From: Bdellovibrionota bacterium
GTDB lineage: Bacteria > Bdellovibrionota_G > JALEGL01 > DATDPG01
Direction: 5' to 3'
Assembly: GCA_963668355.1 (NCBI GenBank)
Contig: OY764265.1
Coordinates: 2,705,742-2,769,741, forward strand
DNA length: 64,000 bases
Shown here one piece after another: positions 8,952 to 19,089 of the stretch; the first letter of the stretch is position 1; each line of letters begins with the position of its first letter. Under the pieces are notes generated by a model. It was given only the letters and a program-made list of their open reading frames with translations. It searched no databases and was not told the origin of the DNA. The translations under genes and the position numbers were made by a program.

Positions 8952-10291
8952 AACACCTTCCGAACAACATCCACATATCGATCTAAATCTGCCTGATTTT
9001 TGGTTTCAGTCACAGCCAAAACAAGTTCTCGGTCTCGTTCCTTCGCCCAACGGGACAAAGCGACCCCTCCCAGGATCTTTTCTTTTTCAAGGGCAGCCAA
9101 AAAGGCCTCACTCGAAATCGGTAAACGAACCGTAAACTCATTGAACGTTGGCCCATCAAACAAAAGATCAATGGCGGAGATTTCTTTTAGCTTCGTCTTT
9201 AAATACTGAGCGGCTTTCGCGTTTTCAATGGCCACACTCCGCAACCCCGCCGAACCCAAAGTCGCCATATATATGCATGAGCGAAGTGCGCAGAGGGAGT
9301 GATTGGTACAAATGTTTGAGGTCGCTTTTTCACGTCGTATATGCTGTTCCCGCGTAGAGAGCGTCAAAACATATCCGGAATTTCCATTTGAATCCTTGGC
9401 CTCACCCACCAAGCGACCCGGAAGCTGCCTTAAATATTTTTCCTGGGCCGCGAACAAGCCGACATGCGGTCCTCCAAAATTTTGAGGATTTCCCAAGGAT
9501 TGACCTTCACCTACAACGATATCTGCACCTTGTTCCCCGGGAGACTTTAAAATCCCAAAGGCCAATGCCTCCGTCGTATTGACCACAAATAAGCCCTTGG
9601 CTTCGTGAGTGGCCTGGGCTAACTCTGTCAAGGGTTCAACTACGCCATAGAAGTTTGGCTGCTGCACCATTACGGCTGCAACATCCTCCAAAGACTCGGG
9701 CAAAATGGTTTGCCCATGCTCATCCAGTGGTAATTCCTCCAGTTCTACTTGAACATCACTCGTATACGCTCGAACAACAGATCTGTAGTCTGGATGAATT
9801 CCTTCGGAGAGCAATATTCGTTTCTTTTTTCGTTGCGTCCGAACAGCCAAAAGAGCGGCTTCCGCAAGTGAGGAGGCGCCATCATACATAGAGGCATTCG
9901 CGATCTCCATGCCAAACAGATTGGCCACCATGGATTGAAACTCAAAAATCGCTTGTAACGTTCCTTGACTCACTTCCGGCTGGTAAGGGGTATAAGCCGT
10001 AACAAATTCACTTCGCCCCGACAAAGAGTCCACAACCGTCGGAATAAAATGTTCGTAACACCCCGCCCCAAGATATGACCGCCAATTCGAATCCCTGGCG
10101 GGTGAATTTTTAAAAGCCTCTTCCCGAAAAAAGTGTTGCAGTTCGGCCTCGGTCATTGCCGGAGGAAGCCCAACAAAGTCCTTCCAACGAACGATTTCTG
10201 GAATGGAAGAAAAAAGTGACTCGACGGAATCGGCTCCAATTTCTTGAAGCATTTCCGTACGATCTCGATCTGTAGATGGAATGTACCGCAT
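8948..10291 (-). CDS. gcvPA: glycine dehydrogenase (decarboxylating) subunit 1
   Basis: 447 aa. Typical split-P-protein N-terminal subunit. Confidence 0.9.
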   Translation of the reverse strand: MRYIPSTDRDRTEMLQEIGADSVESLFSSIPEIVRWKDFVGLPPAMTEAELQHFFREEAFKNSPARDSNWRSYLGAGCYEHFIPTVVDSLSGRSEFVTAYTPYQPEVSQGTLQAIFEFQSMVANLFGMEIANASMYDGASSLAEAALLAVRTQRKKKRILLSEGIHPDYRSVVRAYTSDVQVELEELPLDEHGQTILPESLEDVAAVMVQQPNFYGVVEPLTELAQATHEAKGLFVVNTTEALAFGILKSPGEQGADIVVGEGQSLGNPQNFGGPHVGLFAAQEKYLRQLPGRLVGEAKDSNGNSGYVLTLSTREQHIRREKATSNICTNHSLCALRSCIYMATLGSAGLRSVAIENAKAAQYLKTKLKEISAIDLLFDGPTFNEFTVRLPISSEAFLAALEKEKILGGVALSRWAKERDRELVLAVTETKNQADLDRYVDVVRKVL

Positions 10292-10308
10292 GAAGAGATA
10301 AGACGTGT

Positions 10309-10710
10309 TTAATCGTCTTCCTCTTCTTTGGCGACGAATTCTTTGTAATCTTCAGCACTCATGAGTTTCTTGAACTCCGAATCATTTTCAACCTTCACAC
10401 GAATTAACCAAGCCTCTCCGTAGGGATCGTCATTAACCACCTCAGGCGATTCAACCAGAGCATCGTTCACTTCCATGACCATTCCCGTAACGGGAGAAAA
10501 CAAATCAGAAACAGCTTTTACAGACTCAACGCTACCAAAGGGTTCGGATGATTCCACTTCATCATCTTCTTGGGGAAGCTCTACATACACCACATCCCCC
10601 ATACGACTTTGTGCCCAATCTGTTACACCAATGGTAACCGTCATCGTGTCCTCTTCAAATCGAGCCCATTCATGATCGTTGGTGTATCGAAGTTCTTCTG
10701 GAATATTCAT
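10309..10710 (-). CDS. gcvH: glycine cleavage system H protein
   Basis: Lipoyl-lysine motif ESVKAVSDL. Confidence 0.9.
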   Translation of the reverse strand: MNIPEELRYTNDHEWARFEEDTMTVTIGVTDWAQSRMGDVVYVELPQEDDEVESSEPFGSVESVKAVSDLFSPVTGMVMEVNDALVESPEVVNDDPYGEAWLIRVKVENDSEFKKLMSAEDYKEFVAKEEEDD

Positions 10711-10786
10711 TTCAGTAATTTCTCCAAAGGGTTATTCAAATTCTTATCGAAAATCATCATAGAAAATAATTCCGGGCAAGCCATTT

Positions 10787-11875
10787 TTACCGTTTTATGG
10801 ACCCTGGGACAAAGGGTGGCTTGACCACTTTGCCTGGGACTTCTTTATTTCGGATGTGGATTTGGACCTCATCCTTCAAGGCCACATCCACATCCAACAT
10901 TCCCAAAGCAATCCCACACTTGAGAGTGGGAGAAAAGGTCCCGGAAGTCAATGCTCCAACGCATTTTCCATCTTTTTTAACGTCAAAGCCCGGCCGAGGA
11001 ATTCCTCTGCCCGTAACCTTTATGGCTCGAAGCCTCCTTTTCAAACCCTCTTCTTTCTGTTTGAGCAGAACCTCCCGCCCCACAAAATTTCCCTTATCCA
11101 ACTTAACGGCCCAACCGATTCCGGCTTCCAAAGGAGTAATGTCCTCGTTCATGTCGCTCCCATTTAAGAGGTAGCCCATTTCCAAACGAAGGGTGTCTCG
11201 GGCCCCCAAACCAATGGGAACCAGACCACTTTCCTCCCCTTCTTTAAACAGAAGGTCCCACACATCCGCAGCAATTTCGGGCTTGAGGTACAACTCAAAA
11301 CCATCCTCCCCGGAATATCCAGTCCGTGAGATCAGTACAGCCGAACCCAACAACTCGGCCCAGGTGAATTCATAATATTTCACGGTTGCCAAATCCCGCT
11401 TCACAAGTGCGCTGAGTAAAGCCTCCGCTTTTTTTCCTTGAAGCGCGAGCAAGGCATATTCCTCACTTCGGTCCACCACCTCTGCGCCTTCCAAGGCATG
11501 AGACTCAAACCATTTGGCCACCTGTTCCCGCCGAGACGCATTGACCACAAAAAGATAATACTCATCGCCCATCGCATAGAGCAGGCAGTCATCAATGACT
11601 CCGCCACGCTCATTTAAGATCGCGCTATACTGAACCTTTCCAGGCTTCAAGGCCGCGGCATTGTTGGTGGACACTCGTTGGCAAAACTCAAGAGCTTTCG
11701 GGCCTTTTACTTCAAACTCGCCCATATGGCTGACATCAAATAGCCCCATCGAATTTCGAACCGCTTCGTGCTCCTTCACAATGCTCGTGTATTGAACGGG
11801 CATTTCATAGCCTGCGAATGGAACCATCGTCGCCTTTAAAGCCACATGTTTTTCAAATAAAGGGGTCTTTTTCAT
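10787..11875 (-). CDS. gcvT: glycine cleavage system aminomethyltransferase T
   Basis: 362 aa with GcvT family features. ATGA overlap with folD. Confidence 0.9.
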   Translation of the reverse strand: MKKTPLFEKHVALKATMVPFAGYEMPVQYTSIVKEHEAVRNSMGLFDVSHMGEFEVKGPKALEFCQRVSTNNAAALKPGKVQYSAILNERGGVIDDCLLYAMGDEYYLFVVNASRREQVAKWFESHALEGAEVVDRSEEYALLALQGKKAEALLSALVKRDLATVKYYEFTWAELLGSAVLISRTGYSGEDGFELYLKPEIAADVWDLLFKEGEESGLVPIGLGARDTLRLEMGYLLNGSDMNEDITPLEAGIGWAVKLDKGNFVGREVLLKQKEEGLKRRLRAIKVTGRGIPRPGFDVKKDGKCVGALTSGTFSPTLKCGIALGMLDVDVALKDEVQIHIRNKEVPGKVVKPPFVPGSIKR

Positions 11876-12771
11876 TCCTTCCTCTTTTCCTTCTCCAACC
11901 GCTTAGCGGCTTCCAAAGTATTGGATAAAAGCATCGCAATCGTTAGAGGGCCTACTCCTCCGGGAACCGGAGTGATCCACTTGGCCCGTTTGGACGCTTC
12001 ATCAAATTCAACATCTCCAACCAGTTGGTTGTCTTCCGTACGATTGATTCCGACATCAATCACAGCGGCTCCCTCTTTCACCCAATCACCTTTGACGAAT
12101 TCCGCTCGACCGATAGCCGCCACCAAAATATCGGCCCGACGACAAACCTCCGCCAAATTACGTGTGCGAGAATGACAGATGGTTACGGTCGCGTTCCGGG
12201 CCATCAAAAGCTGAGCGACCGGTTTCCCTACGATATTACTTCGCCCGACAACAACCGCTTCCGCCCCTTCCATCGGAACTTGATACTCGTCCAGAATCCT
12301 CAGAATCCCCTTTGGCGTACATGCAACGAAGGTGGGTTCTCCGGTAAAAAGTTTTCCAGCACTTTGAATGTGGAATCCATCCACGTCCTTTTCGGGAGAA
12401 ATTGTTTCCAACACCCGAGACGCAGAAATCTGTTTCGGCAAAGGCAATTGAACCAAAATGCCATGGATCGAAGGGTCATCGTTTAACGCTCGAATTTCCG
12501 TGAGTAAGCTTTCTTCTGAAAGATCTTCCGGAAGTTCCATCTTCAGAGACTTCATGCCGAGTTTTGCGCAAATTTTAGCCTTTCGGTTCACGTAAACCCG
12601 TGACGCTTCATCATCCCCCACACGAAGAGTAGCCAGGCCGGGCTGGATTCCCGTTTCTTTTCTGAACCGCTCCACTTCGCCTTGAATTTCATTATGTATT
12701 TTTTTGGCTAACGCTTTTCCATCCATCAAAGTCACGGCGCGGGACTTTACCAGGCTTAGTTGGATTGACAA
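11872..12771 (-). CDS. folD: bifunctional methylenetetrahydrofolate dehydrogenase/methenyl-THF cyclohydrolase
   Basis: Motifs GRSNIVGKP and PGGVGP. An alternative start MDGKALAKKI near 12726 is possible. Confidence 0.88.
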   Translation of the reverse strand: MSIQLSLVKSRAVTLMDGKALAKKIHNEIQGEVERFRKETGIQPGLATLRVGDDEASRVYVNRKAKICAKLGMKSLKMELPEDLSEESLLTEIRALNDDPSIHGILVQLPLPKQISASRVLETISPEKDVDGFHIQSAGKLFTGEPTFVACTPKGILRILDEYQVPMEGAEAVVVGRSNIVGKPVAQLLMARNATVTICHSRTRNLAEVCRRADILVAAIGRAEFVKGDWVKEGAAVIDVGINRTEDNQLVGDVEFDEASKRAKWITPVPGGVGPLTIAMLLSNTLEAAKRLEKEKRKE

Positions 12772-13034
12772 TGAGGAAAGATGTCTCTCAAATCCTTTTC
12801 TGAAAGGCCTTCTAGAGCGACAACCTTATTTTTGGATTTCACGCCTTGGAGAAGAGAAATCTGTCGTTTGGGGATGTTTAACGTTTTCGAAAGAAGCTTG
12901 AGGAGGGCCTCATTGGCCGCATTGTCGACCGGAGGCGCCGTCAGTCGAACATAAAGAACATCATCTTTAAAACCCCGCACTTCTTCCTTTTTTGCACGAG
13001 GCTGAACCTTGATTTTTAAGGTAACCCGGTCCAC
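12756..13034 (-). CDS. DUF167 (YggU) family protein
   Basis: 92 aa. Pattern ...V.PRAKK..V........V.L.APP.DG.AN..L typical of YggU. Confidence 0.65.
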   Translation of the reverse strand: MDRVTLKIKVQPRAKKEEVRGFKDDVLYVRLTAPPVDNAANEALLKLLSKTLNIPKRQISLLQGVKSKNKVVALEGLSEKDLRDIFPHCQSN

Positions 13035-13532
13035 TTACGTCGTGGATTGCAGAACCGCGACTTCTTCGATTTTGGACGTTTCTCTCGCATCATTCTGAAG
13101 CTCCAGCAATCGGATATGGCTATCCAGTATTCCCCGAAGACGGCCTTCAAACTCAGCCCTTTGACGTTTCAAATCGTTGATTTCATCAATGATTTCCGTC
13201 AATCGTCCATGGGCTTGATGAATAATTTTGTCGGCTTGAAGTTCTGCTTGGCTAATGATGATCTCAGCTTCTTTCTTAGCCGATTGCTTCATGTCGTCTG
13301 ACAGTTTTTGAGCGGTCATGAGCGTTTCTTGAAGGGTTCGTTCCTTCTCCTCATGACCTTGAATTCGATGTTCCAACTTCATGAGTTCTTCACGCTGAGA
13401 TTGATGCTCACGAATCAAATCTTCCCATTCACTGCGAATCAAATCCAAGAAATCATCAACTTGGTGCGTGTCATAACCCTGTAAAGTTTTTCGAAAAACC
13501 TGTTGTTGAAGATCAAGCGGCGTCAGCTTCAT
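13035..13532 (-). CDS. divIVA: DivIVA domain protein
   Basis: N-terminal MKLTPLDLQQQVFRKTLQGYDTHQVDDFLD is the canonical DivIVA head, followed by a coiled-coil. Confidence 0.8.
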   Translation of the reverse strand: MKLTPLDLQQQVFRKTLQGYDTHQVDDFLDLIRSEWEDLIREHQSQREELMKLEHRIQGHEEKERTLQETLMTAQKLSDDMKQSAKKEAEIIISQAELQADKIIHQAHGRLTEIIDEINDLKRQRAEFEGRLRGILDSHIRLLELQNDARETSKIEEVAVLQSTT

Positions 13533-13595
13533 GCGTAAATTCCTCCCGAGAAGAGAAGTTTATCTCAATTCTCCAAAGAATCCTATAGCCACGCG

Positions 13596-14303
13596 CTAAG
13601 GGTTTCGGGAACCGAAGATAGCTGTCCCAACCCGCACAATCGTGGCCCCCTCTTCGACGGCCACCTCGAAATCATGCGTCACCCCCATGGAAATCTCTGT
13701 ACAAGGGCTATTTCGCAAATTGCGAGATTTCAAGGTTTCGAACACTTCCCGCGTTGCTCGAAAATGAGCGCGGGAGGCCTCCGGATTTTCCGAGTAAGGC
13801 GGAAAAGACATCACCCCGTTAATTTCCAGATCCGTATTCTCAGAAATCCGTTGGGCCAAATCGAACAACTCTGCGCGATTGGCCCCCGCTTTGGAGGCTT
13901 CATTTGCGATATTCAGCTCTAGCAAGATGCGAACCGGACAACCACTCGTCAGACGTCCCTTTTCCAATTCTTTCGCGACCGACCATCGATCCACCGATTG
14001 GATGAGGGAAAATTTTCCCGGTAACTTCTTTGCCTTGTTGGATTGAAGGGCTCCGATGAAATGCCAATCGATGTTGCCTTCTGGAAATTTCTTGTTCAAC
14101 GCGTCCATTTTCGGCAAGGCTTCTTGAAGATAACTCTCCCCGAAACAAGAAATCCCCGCGTCGAAGGCTTCACATAATGCCTCGGTCGGCATCCGCTTAC
14201 TCACGGCCACAATTTGAATCTCTTCGGGAGACCTCCCGGATCGCCTTGCGGCTTCTTCCACCCGTTGGACCACATTTTGCCAACGGTCTTTCAGCGTATT
14301 CAT
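13596..14303 (-). CDS. yggS: YggS family pyridoxal-phosphate homeostasis protein
   Basis: Internal ATG (MNTLKDRW). VAVSKRMP lysine motif and FIGALQSNK. Start overlaps the maf stop (ATGA). The longest ORF's N-terminal extension (MSRGRYG...) is Arg/Gly-rich junk. Confidence 0.85.
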   Translation of the reverse strand: MNTLKDRWQNVVQRVEEAARRSGRSPEEIQIVAVSKRMPTEALCEAFDAGISCFGESYLQEALPKMDALNKKFPEGNIDWHFIGALQSNKAKKLPGKFSLIQSVDRWSVAKELEKGRLTSGCPVRILLELNIANEASKAGANRAELFDLAQRISENTDLEINGVMSFPPYSENPEASRAHFRATREVFETLKSRNLRNSPCTEISMGVTHDFEVAVEEGATIVRVGTAIFGSRNP

Positions 14304-14893
14304 GCATCCTCTCCCAAGGCGCCCAAACGGATGAGCCCTTGCCGAACCTCGGCCAAAGGAAGGCCGATGACATTGGAGTAGGACCCATGAATGGCTTTCA
14401 CAAAAGCGCCGCCCGCAGATTGAATCCCGTACCCACCGGCTTTGTCGAAAGACTCTCCCACGGAAAGGTACCAATCCAGGTCGATTTCTGAAAAAGCGAG
14501 CATCTCGACTTCGGTCCCCACCGTTTCTTCCACAAAATTTCCAGCCCCATCTTCCAATCGAAAGGCCGTAAACACGGTATGGGTCTTTCCTGCAAGCTCG
14601 CGAAGCATGTTCCGCGCTTCCTCTTTCCCCGCTGGCTTTCCAAAAGCCTTTTCCCCTAAAGCCACGACCGTATCGGCCGCGAGACAAACCCCATCAAAGT
14701 CCGCTTCCAAGGCTTTTCGCACATGGGCCAGCTTTTCTCGGGCCACTTCCATCGCACGCAACGCAGGGTCACCATGACAAGAAGATTCTTGAATATGGCT
14801 TGGGAACACCTCCAGGTTCAAACCCAGGAGGGAAAGCAAATCCCGGCGCCGGGGAGAAGCAGAGGCCAAAATAATTCGTTTCAATTGCCGCAT
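14300..14893 (-). CDS. maf: Maf-like nucleoside triphosphate pyrophosphatase
   Basis: ILASASPRR signature. Confidence 0.85.
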   Translation of the reverse strand: MRQLKRIILASASPRRRDLLSLLGLNLEVFPSHIQESSCHGDPALRAMEVAREKLAHVRKALEADFDGVCLAADTVVALGEKAFGKPAGKEEARNMLRELAGKTHTVFTAFRLEDGAGNFVEETVGTEVEMLAFSEIDLDWYLSVGESFDKAGGYGIQSAGGAFVKAIHGSYSNVIGLPLAEVRQGLIRLGALGEDA

Positions 14894-15003
14894 GATGTTT
14901 TCGGCCGTTGGTATAGCGGACCTTCACCAAACTTGAAAGCCAGAGATCTCTGGAAAACACTTAGCTCGACAATAGGCCAACTAATTCATACACTTAAGCC
15001 TTC

Positions 15004-16044
15004 ATGGAAGGTCGAAAACTCTTAGACGAGCTCAAACGAACGGTCGATGCGCTGCAAATCTTCAGCGAAATCGGCAAAACCCTCACGTCCACTTTGGATA
15101 TCACCGAAGTCCTTCGAATCGTCTTGCAACGAGTTTCGGAACTTCTTTATCCGACGAGCTGGTCCCTTCTCTTTCTGGATCAAAACACGCAGGTTCTCCA
15201 TTACGAAATTCTCATCAACGAACCCAGCGTTGATCGAAGCCAACCCATTCGTCTTGGCCAAGGGATCGCGGGATGGGTGGCCCAAACTGGAAAACCCATG
15301 ATATGGCCCGACCCCACACCCAAACAAAAATATTCTCTTCCCAAAGACCTTGCCCCTCCGGAAGGAACCAAATCCATTTTGAGCGTTCCCTTGAGAAGTA
15401 AGGGGAATGTTCTGGGCGTGATCGATATTCGTAGGAAAGGTGACGAAGTGGCACAATTCTCCGAAGAAGATTTGGCCACGCTTTCGGCCATTTCGGACTA
15501 TGCGGCCATTGCCATTGAAAACGCCCGAAACTTTCAACGGGTCGAAGAACTAACAATTACGGATGATTTAACCACCCTCTACAATGTTCGATACATGCAC
15601 TCTCTTCTGGACACGGAAATTCGAAGAGCTTCCCGTTATAAGAAGGAGTTCTCCATGATCTTTTTTGATCTGGACCACTTCAAGCAGGTCAATGACACTT
15701 ACGGACATATTCATGGCTCTCAGCTGCTGAGAGAGACGGCCGAAGTTCTTCAAGAACAAATCCGAAAAGTAGATTTCGCAGCCCGTTACGGTGGAGACGA
15801 ATTTGTGGTTCTCCTTCCTGAAACGAGCAAGAAAGAAGCCACAGCCATTGCCAAACGGATTCGTGCCGCCATTGAAGACAATATTTTTCTTCAAGACAAA
15901 GGCATGAAAGTTCAATTCACAGCAAGCTTTGGGGTGGCCACGTTCCCGGAGGATGCAAAAACGAAAGATGACCTCATTCGAATGTCTGATGAGAGAATGT
16001 ATAAAGTCAAAAACTCCACACGCAATAGCGTAATATCGGATTAG
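15004..16044 (+). CDS. GAF domain-containing diguanylate cyclase (GGDEF)
   Basis: N-terminal GAF domain. C-terminal GGDEF with an intact RYGGDEF active site. Confidence 0.85.
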   Translation: MEGRKLLDELKRTVDALQIFSEIGKTLTSTLDITEVLRIVLQRVSELLYPTSWSLLFLDQNTQVLHYEILINEPSVDRSQPIRLGQGIAGWVAQTGKPMIWPDPTPKQKYSLPKDLAPPEGTKSILSVPLRSKGNVLGVIDIRRKGDEVAQFSEEDLATLSAISDYAAIAIENARNFQRVEELTITDDLTTLYNVRYMHSLLDTEIRRASRYKKEFSMIFFDLDHFKQVNDTYGHIHGSQLLRETAEVLQEQIRKVDFAARYGGDEFVVLLPETSKKEATAIAKRIRAAIEDNIFLQDKGMKVQFTASFGVATFPEDAKTKDDLIRMSDERMYKVKNSTRNSVISD

Positions 16045-16050
16045 GTTCTT

Positions 16051-16989
16051 ATGCACGTTCTCGAAACCATTGTCCGACAGAAACTGAAAGATGCTCCCAA
16101 GGATTTCTCCGAGCCTTTTTTTTCACATCTTAGGGCTTCGGTAAAAGAGAAATCCTGCGCCATCTTGGCCTATGGGTCTTGCTTAAGCCAGGTGACCAAA
16201 ACAGAGACTTCGGCCCCGGATTTCTTCGTTCTGGTGGATCGCTACAAAACGTTTTACTCCTCCTGGCTCCATCGAGGACTGAATCATATTTTGCCTCCAA
16301 ACATTTATCATTTCACAATCAACAAACACACCGCCAAATATAATGTGATCAGCATCCCCGCCCTCAACAAACACACTTCTAAGAACGCAAAGGACTCTTA
16401 TCTCGTTGGCCGTTTTTCAAAACGAATGGCCCTGCTCTTTTCCAAGGATGACCGAACGGAAGATGAAGTGGTCATGGCGCAGGCCAGGGCCATGCGAACG
16501 GCTGCCAAACGAACGTACCCGCTTCTTCCAAAATTTTTCTCACTTCAAGATTTTGCCAAAGCCTCCATTCGATTGAGCTACCTTGGAGATGTTCGGGTTG
16601 AAGCGAATGATAAAATCGACCGAATCTTTACCGCTGAAAAAGAGTTCTACGAACAAGCCTACGAAACCATTTTGGAGGAAATGAAAGAGGCCCCCTTTTA
16701 CCTTCAATCCGGGCAAACGCCTCAAACCTATGAAAAAGTATCCAAGGGTTTTTCCGATGCGGTCGATCGTTGGAAAACAAAACTTTTTCTTTCCAGAAGT
16801 CGTCTGAGAGCTCAGTTACGCTGGCCCAAAGGCATTTTCACCGTAGACAACTGGATCGACTATCTCATTCATAAAATTGAACGAACCAAGGGAATCACAA
16901 TCGAACTGACTCCGAAACAACGAAAGTATTGGTATATCTTTGGTTGGAAGGTGTTTTTTTCTTTACGAAAACAAAAGCTGATCAAATAG
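16051..16989 (+). CDS. Tam41/Mmp37-like putative phosphatidate cytidylyltransferase (nucleotidyltransferase fold)
   Basis: AYGSCLSQ...DFFVLVD...WH..LNH..P.NIYH...KYNVISIPAL...YLVGRFSKRMALLF parallels Tam41 motifs (GYGSGVF, D.IF.V, KYGV.S...L, AGRL.KP). Confidence 0.5.
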   Translation: MHVLETIVRQKLKDAPKDFSEPFFSHLRASVKEKSCAILAYGSCLSQVTKTETSAPDFFVLVDRYKTFYSSWLHRGLNHILPPNIYHFTINKHTAKYNVISIPALNKHTSKNAKDSYLVGRFSKRMALLFSKDDRTEDEVVMAQARAMRTAAKRTYPLLPKFFSLQDFAKASIRLSYLGDVRVEANDKIDRIFTAEKEFYEQAYETILEEMKEAPFYLQSGQTPQTYEKVSKGFSDAVDRWKTKLFLSRSRLRAQLRWPKGIFTVDNWIDYLIHKIERTKGITIELTPKQRKYWYIFGWKVFFSLRKQKLIK

Positions 16990-17000
16990 GAAGGCTCATT

Positions 17001-17816
17001 ATGTTTAATGGAAAAAAGATTGGATTTATTGGCTCGGGTAACATGGCCAGCGCACTCGTTTCAGGCTTGCTGAAAGGAAAGCATGTTCAAGCAGATCAAA
17101 TCGTGGCGTCTGACCGCGACCCTAACAAGACCCAGCGTTTTGCAGAGCGTTTTCACGTTTCCGTGACCCAAGACAACGCTTCCGTTGTGGAAAATTCGGA
17201 CATCATTGTGATTGCGGTAAAACCCCAAGTCATTGACAAAGTCATGTTGGAGATCGGCAAAACGTTCACCAAAGAAAAACTTCTCATTTCCATTGCAGCC
17301 GGAGTCAAAACCTCACACTTAGAAAAACAACTCCCTTCCGGCGGACATGTTATTCGAGTCATGCCAAACATTGCGGCGATGGTAGATGCTGCCGCAAGTG
17401 CACTTTCCGTTGGGGCACAGGCCACACAGGATGATTTAACTTTGGCCTTGGGAATTTTCAACGCCGTCGGAAAATGCGTCGTCGTAGACGAAGAACAATT
17501 GGATGCCGTGACAGGCCTTTCTGGGAGTGGCCCTGCCTACATCTTCCTCATGATCGACTCCATGGCAGACGCCGGAGTCAAAGTCGGCTTAAATCGTGAA
17601 AACGCGCTTCTTCTGGCCTCTCAAACCGTCTTTGGAGCTGCGAAATACCTCATGGAAAGTGGAGAACATCCTGGAAGACTCAAAGACATGGTCACTTCGC
17701 CCGGAGGCACAGCCATTGCGGGCATTCATACGTTAGAACAAGGGGGCTTACGAACCACTCTCATCAATGCTGTCGAAGCGGCCACCAAACGGTCCCAAGA
17801 ACTGGGAGAAAAATAA
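17001..17816 (+). CDS. proC: pyrroline-5-carboxylate reductase
   Basis: Start at MFNGKKIGFIGSGNMA, preceded by an aggaagg SD. C-terminal P5CR dimerisation domain. Confidence 0.9.
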   Translation: MFNGKKIGFIGSGNMASALVSGLLKGKHVQADQIVASDRDPNKTQRFAERFHVSVTQDNASVVENSDIIVIAVKPQVIDKVMLEIGKTFTKEKLLISIAAGVKTSHLEKQLPSGGHVIRVMPNIAAMVDAAASALSVGAQATQDDLTLALGIFNAVGKCVVVDEEQLDAVTGLSGSGPAYIFLMIDSMADAGVKVGLNRENALLLASQTVFGAAKYLMESGEHPGRLKDMVTSPGGTAIAGIHTLEQGGLRTTLINAVEAATKRSQELGEK

Positions 17817-17821
17817 GCCCT

Positions 17822-19072
17822 TTACGCAGATAGTTTGAGTTCTTTCACATCTCTTCCGGAAGGAAGTTGAAACGGGGCCAAACCAAACTCAGGCAAAACC
17901 GCCAAAATATGATCAAAGATGTCGGCCTGGATGGCTTCATAGTTCGCCCAAACTTGATCGTTGCTAAAAACATAGACTTCAACCGGAATTCCATTTTGAG
18001 ACGGAGGCAACTGCCGAACCAAAAACGTCAAACTCTGATGGATTTTTGGATGATGCTTCAGGTAAGCAATTAAATAGGCACGAAACGTCCCTAAGTTGGT
18101 CATTCGACGACCATTCACCGGCTGAGAGTCATCGATGCCTTGCGACGAATTCCACTCCTTAAGTTCCTTTTCCTTGGCCTCCACATAGGGTTTAAGAAAT
18201 TTTATCTGTCGGAATTTTTCAATCATATCGGAATCACAAAAACGGACCGTCGCCATATCAATTTGAATCGATCGTTTGATCCGCCGACCTCCAGACTCAG
18301 ACATTCCGCGCCAATTTCGAAACGAACTGGAAATCAGTGCATAGGTAGGAATCGTCGTGATGGTTTTATCCCAATTCTGAACTTTGATGGTGGTTAGGGA
18401 TACATCAATTACGTCTCCATCCGCCCCATACTGGGACATTTCAATCCAATCCCCTTCTCGAACCATATCCAAGGTTGCAATTTGGATGCTCGCCACAAAC
18501 CCCAGAATGGCGTCTTTGAACACCAACATGAGAACCGCTGTCATGGCACCCAAACCACTCACAAATATCCACGGGGAGCGGTTCAACAGGGTCGTTAGGA
18601 TGAAGATTCCAGCCACCAAGAACACAAAAATCTTTACGGCTTGGACATAACTCTTGATCGGTTTGTCCCGTGTTTTTTCATATTGGTGCGAAATCGAAAC
18701 CACGGAATTCAAAACCGAAAAAATCACGAGGGTTCCGAGAAAAATTGTATACCCCACCGTGAGCCGTAACAGCATGGTTTCAGCATAGGGATAGCCTGCA
18801 CATAACATCGGAACCATAAGATAGAAGACGATGGCCGGAACAATGTGTGCCAAACGATGAAAGGTCTTCTTCTCAACCAGCGTATCGTCCCATTGGGTCC
18901 GCGTACGACCTGCGAAGGAAGCTACAATTCTTAGGAGAATTCTCTTAGCGATTGTATTCGCCACCCAACAAAGAATGACGATGGTTACAAACAGAAAAAT
19001 CCGCGCGAGAAAGCCCGTGAACTGGGCGTTGATTCCTAAATCGGCCAAAGCCGAAGAAATCGCATCCAACAT
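17822..19072 (-). CDS. mechanosensitive ion channel (MscS family) protein
   Basis: 416 aa. Multiple TM helices followed by the MscS beta domain (ATLDMVREGDWIEM...). Confidence 0.85.
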   Translation of the reverse strand: MLDAISSALADLGINAQFTGFLARIFLFVTIVILCWVANTIAKRILLRIVASFAGRTRTQWDDTLVEKKTFHRLAHIVPAIVFYLMVPMLCAGYPYAETMLLRLTVGYTIFLGTLVIFSVLNSVVSISHQYEKTRDKPIKSYVQAVKIFVFLVAGIFILTTLLNRSPWIFVSGLGAMTAVLMLVFKDAILGFVASIQIATLDMVREGDWIEMSQYGADGDVIDVSLTTIKVQNWDKTITTIPTYALISSSFRNWRGMSESGGRRIKRSIQIDMATVRFCDSDMIEKFRQIKFLKPYVEAKEKELKEWNSSQGIDDSQPVNGRRMTNLGTFRAYLIAYLKHHPKIHQSLTFLVRQLPPSQNGIPVEVYVFSNDQVWANYEAIQADIFDHILAVLPEFGLAPFQLPSGRDVKELKLSA

Positions 19073-19089
19073 GATTTACTCCGAATGCC

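Noticed and set aside
13596-14687. Long form of the YggS ORF (363 aa)
   Set aside because: Its N-terminal 128 aa are Arg/Gly-rich and overlap maf in another frame. The conserved YggS core starts at the internal ATG 14303, which overlaps the maf stop.
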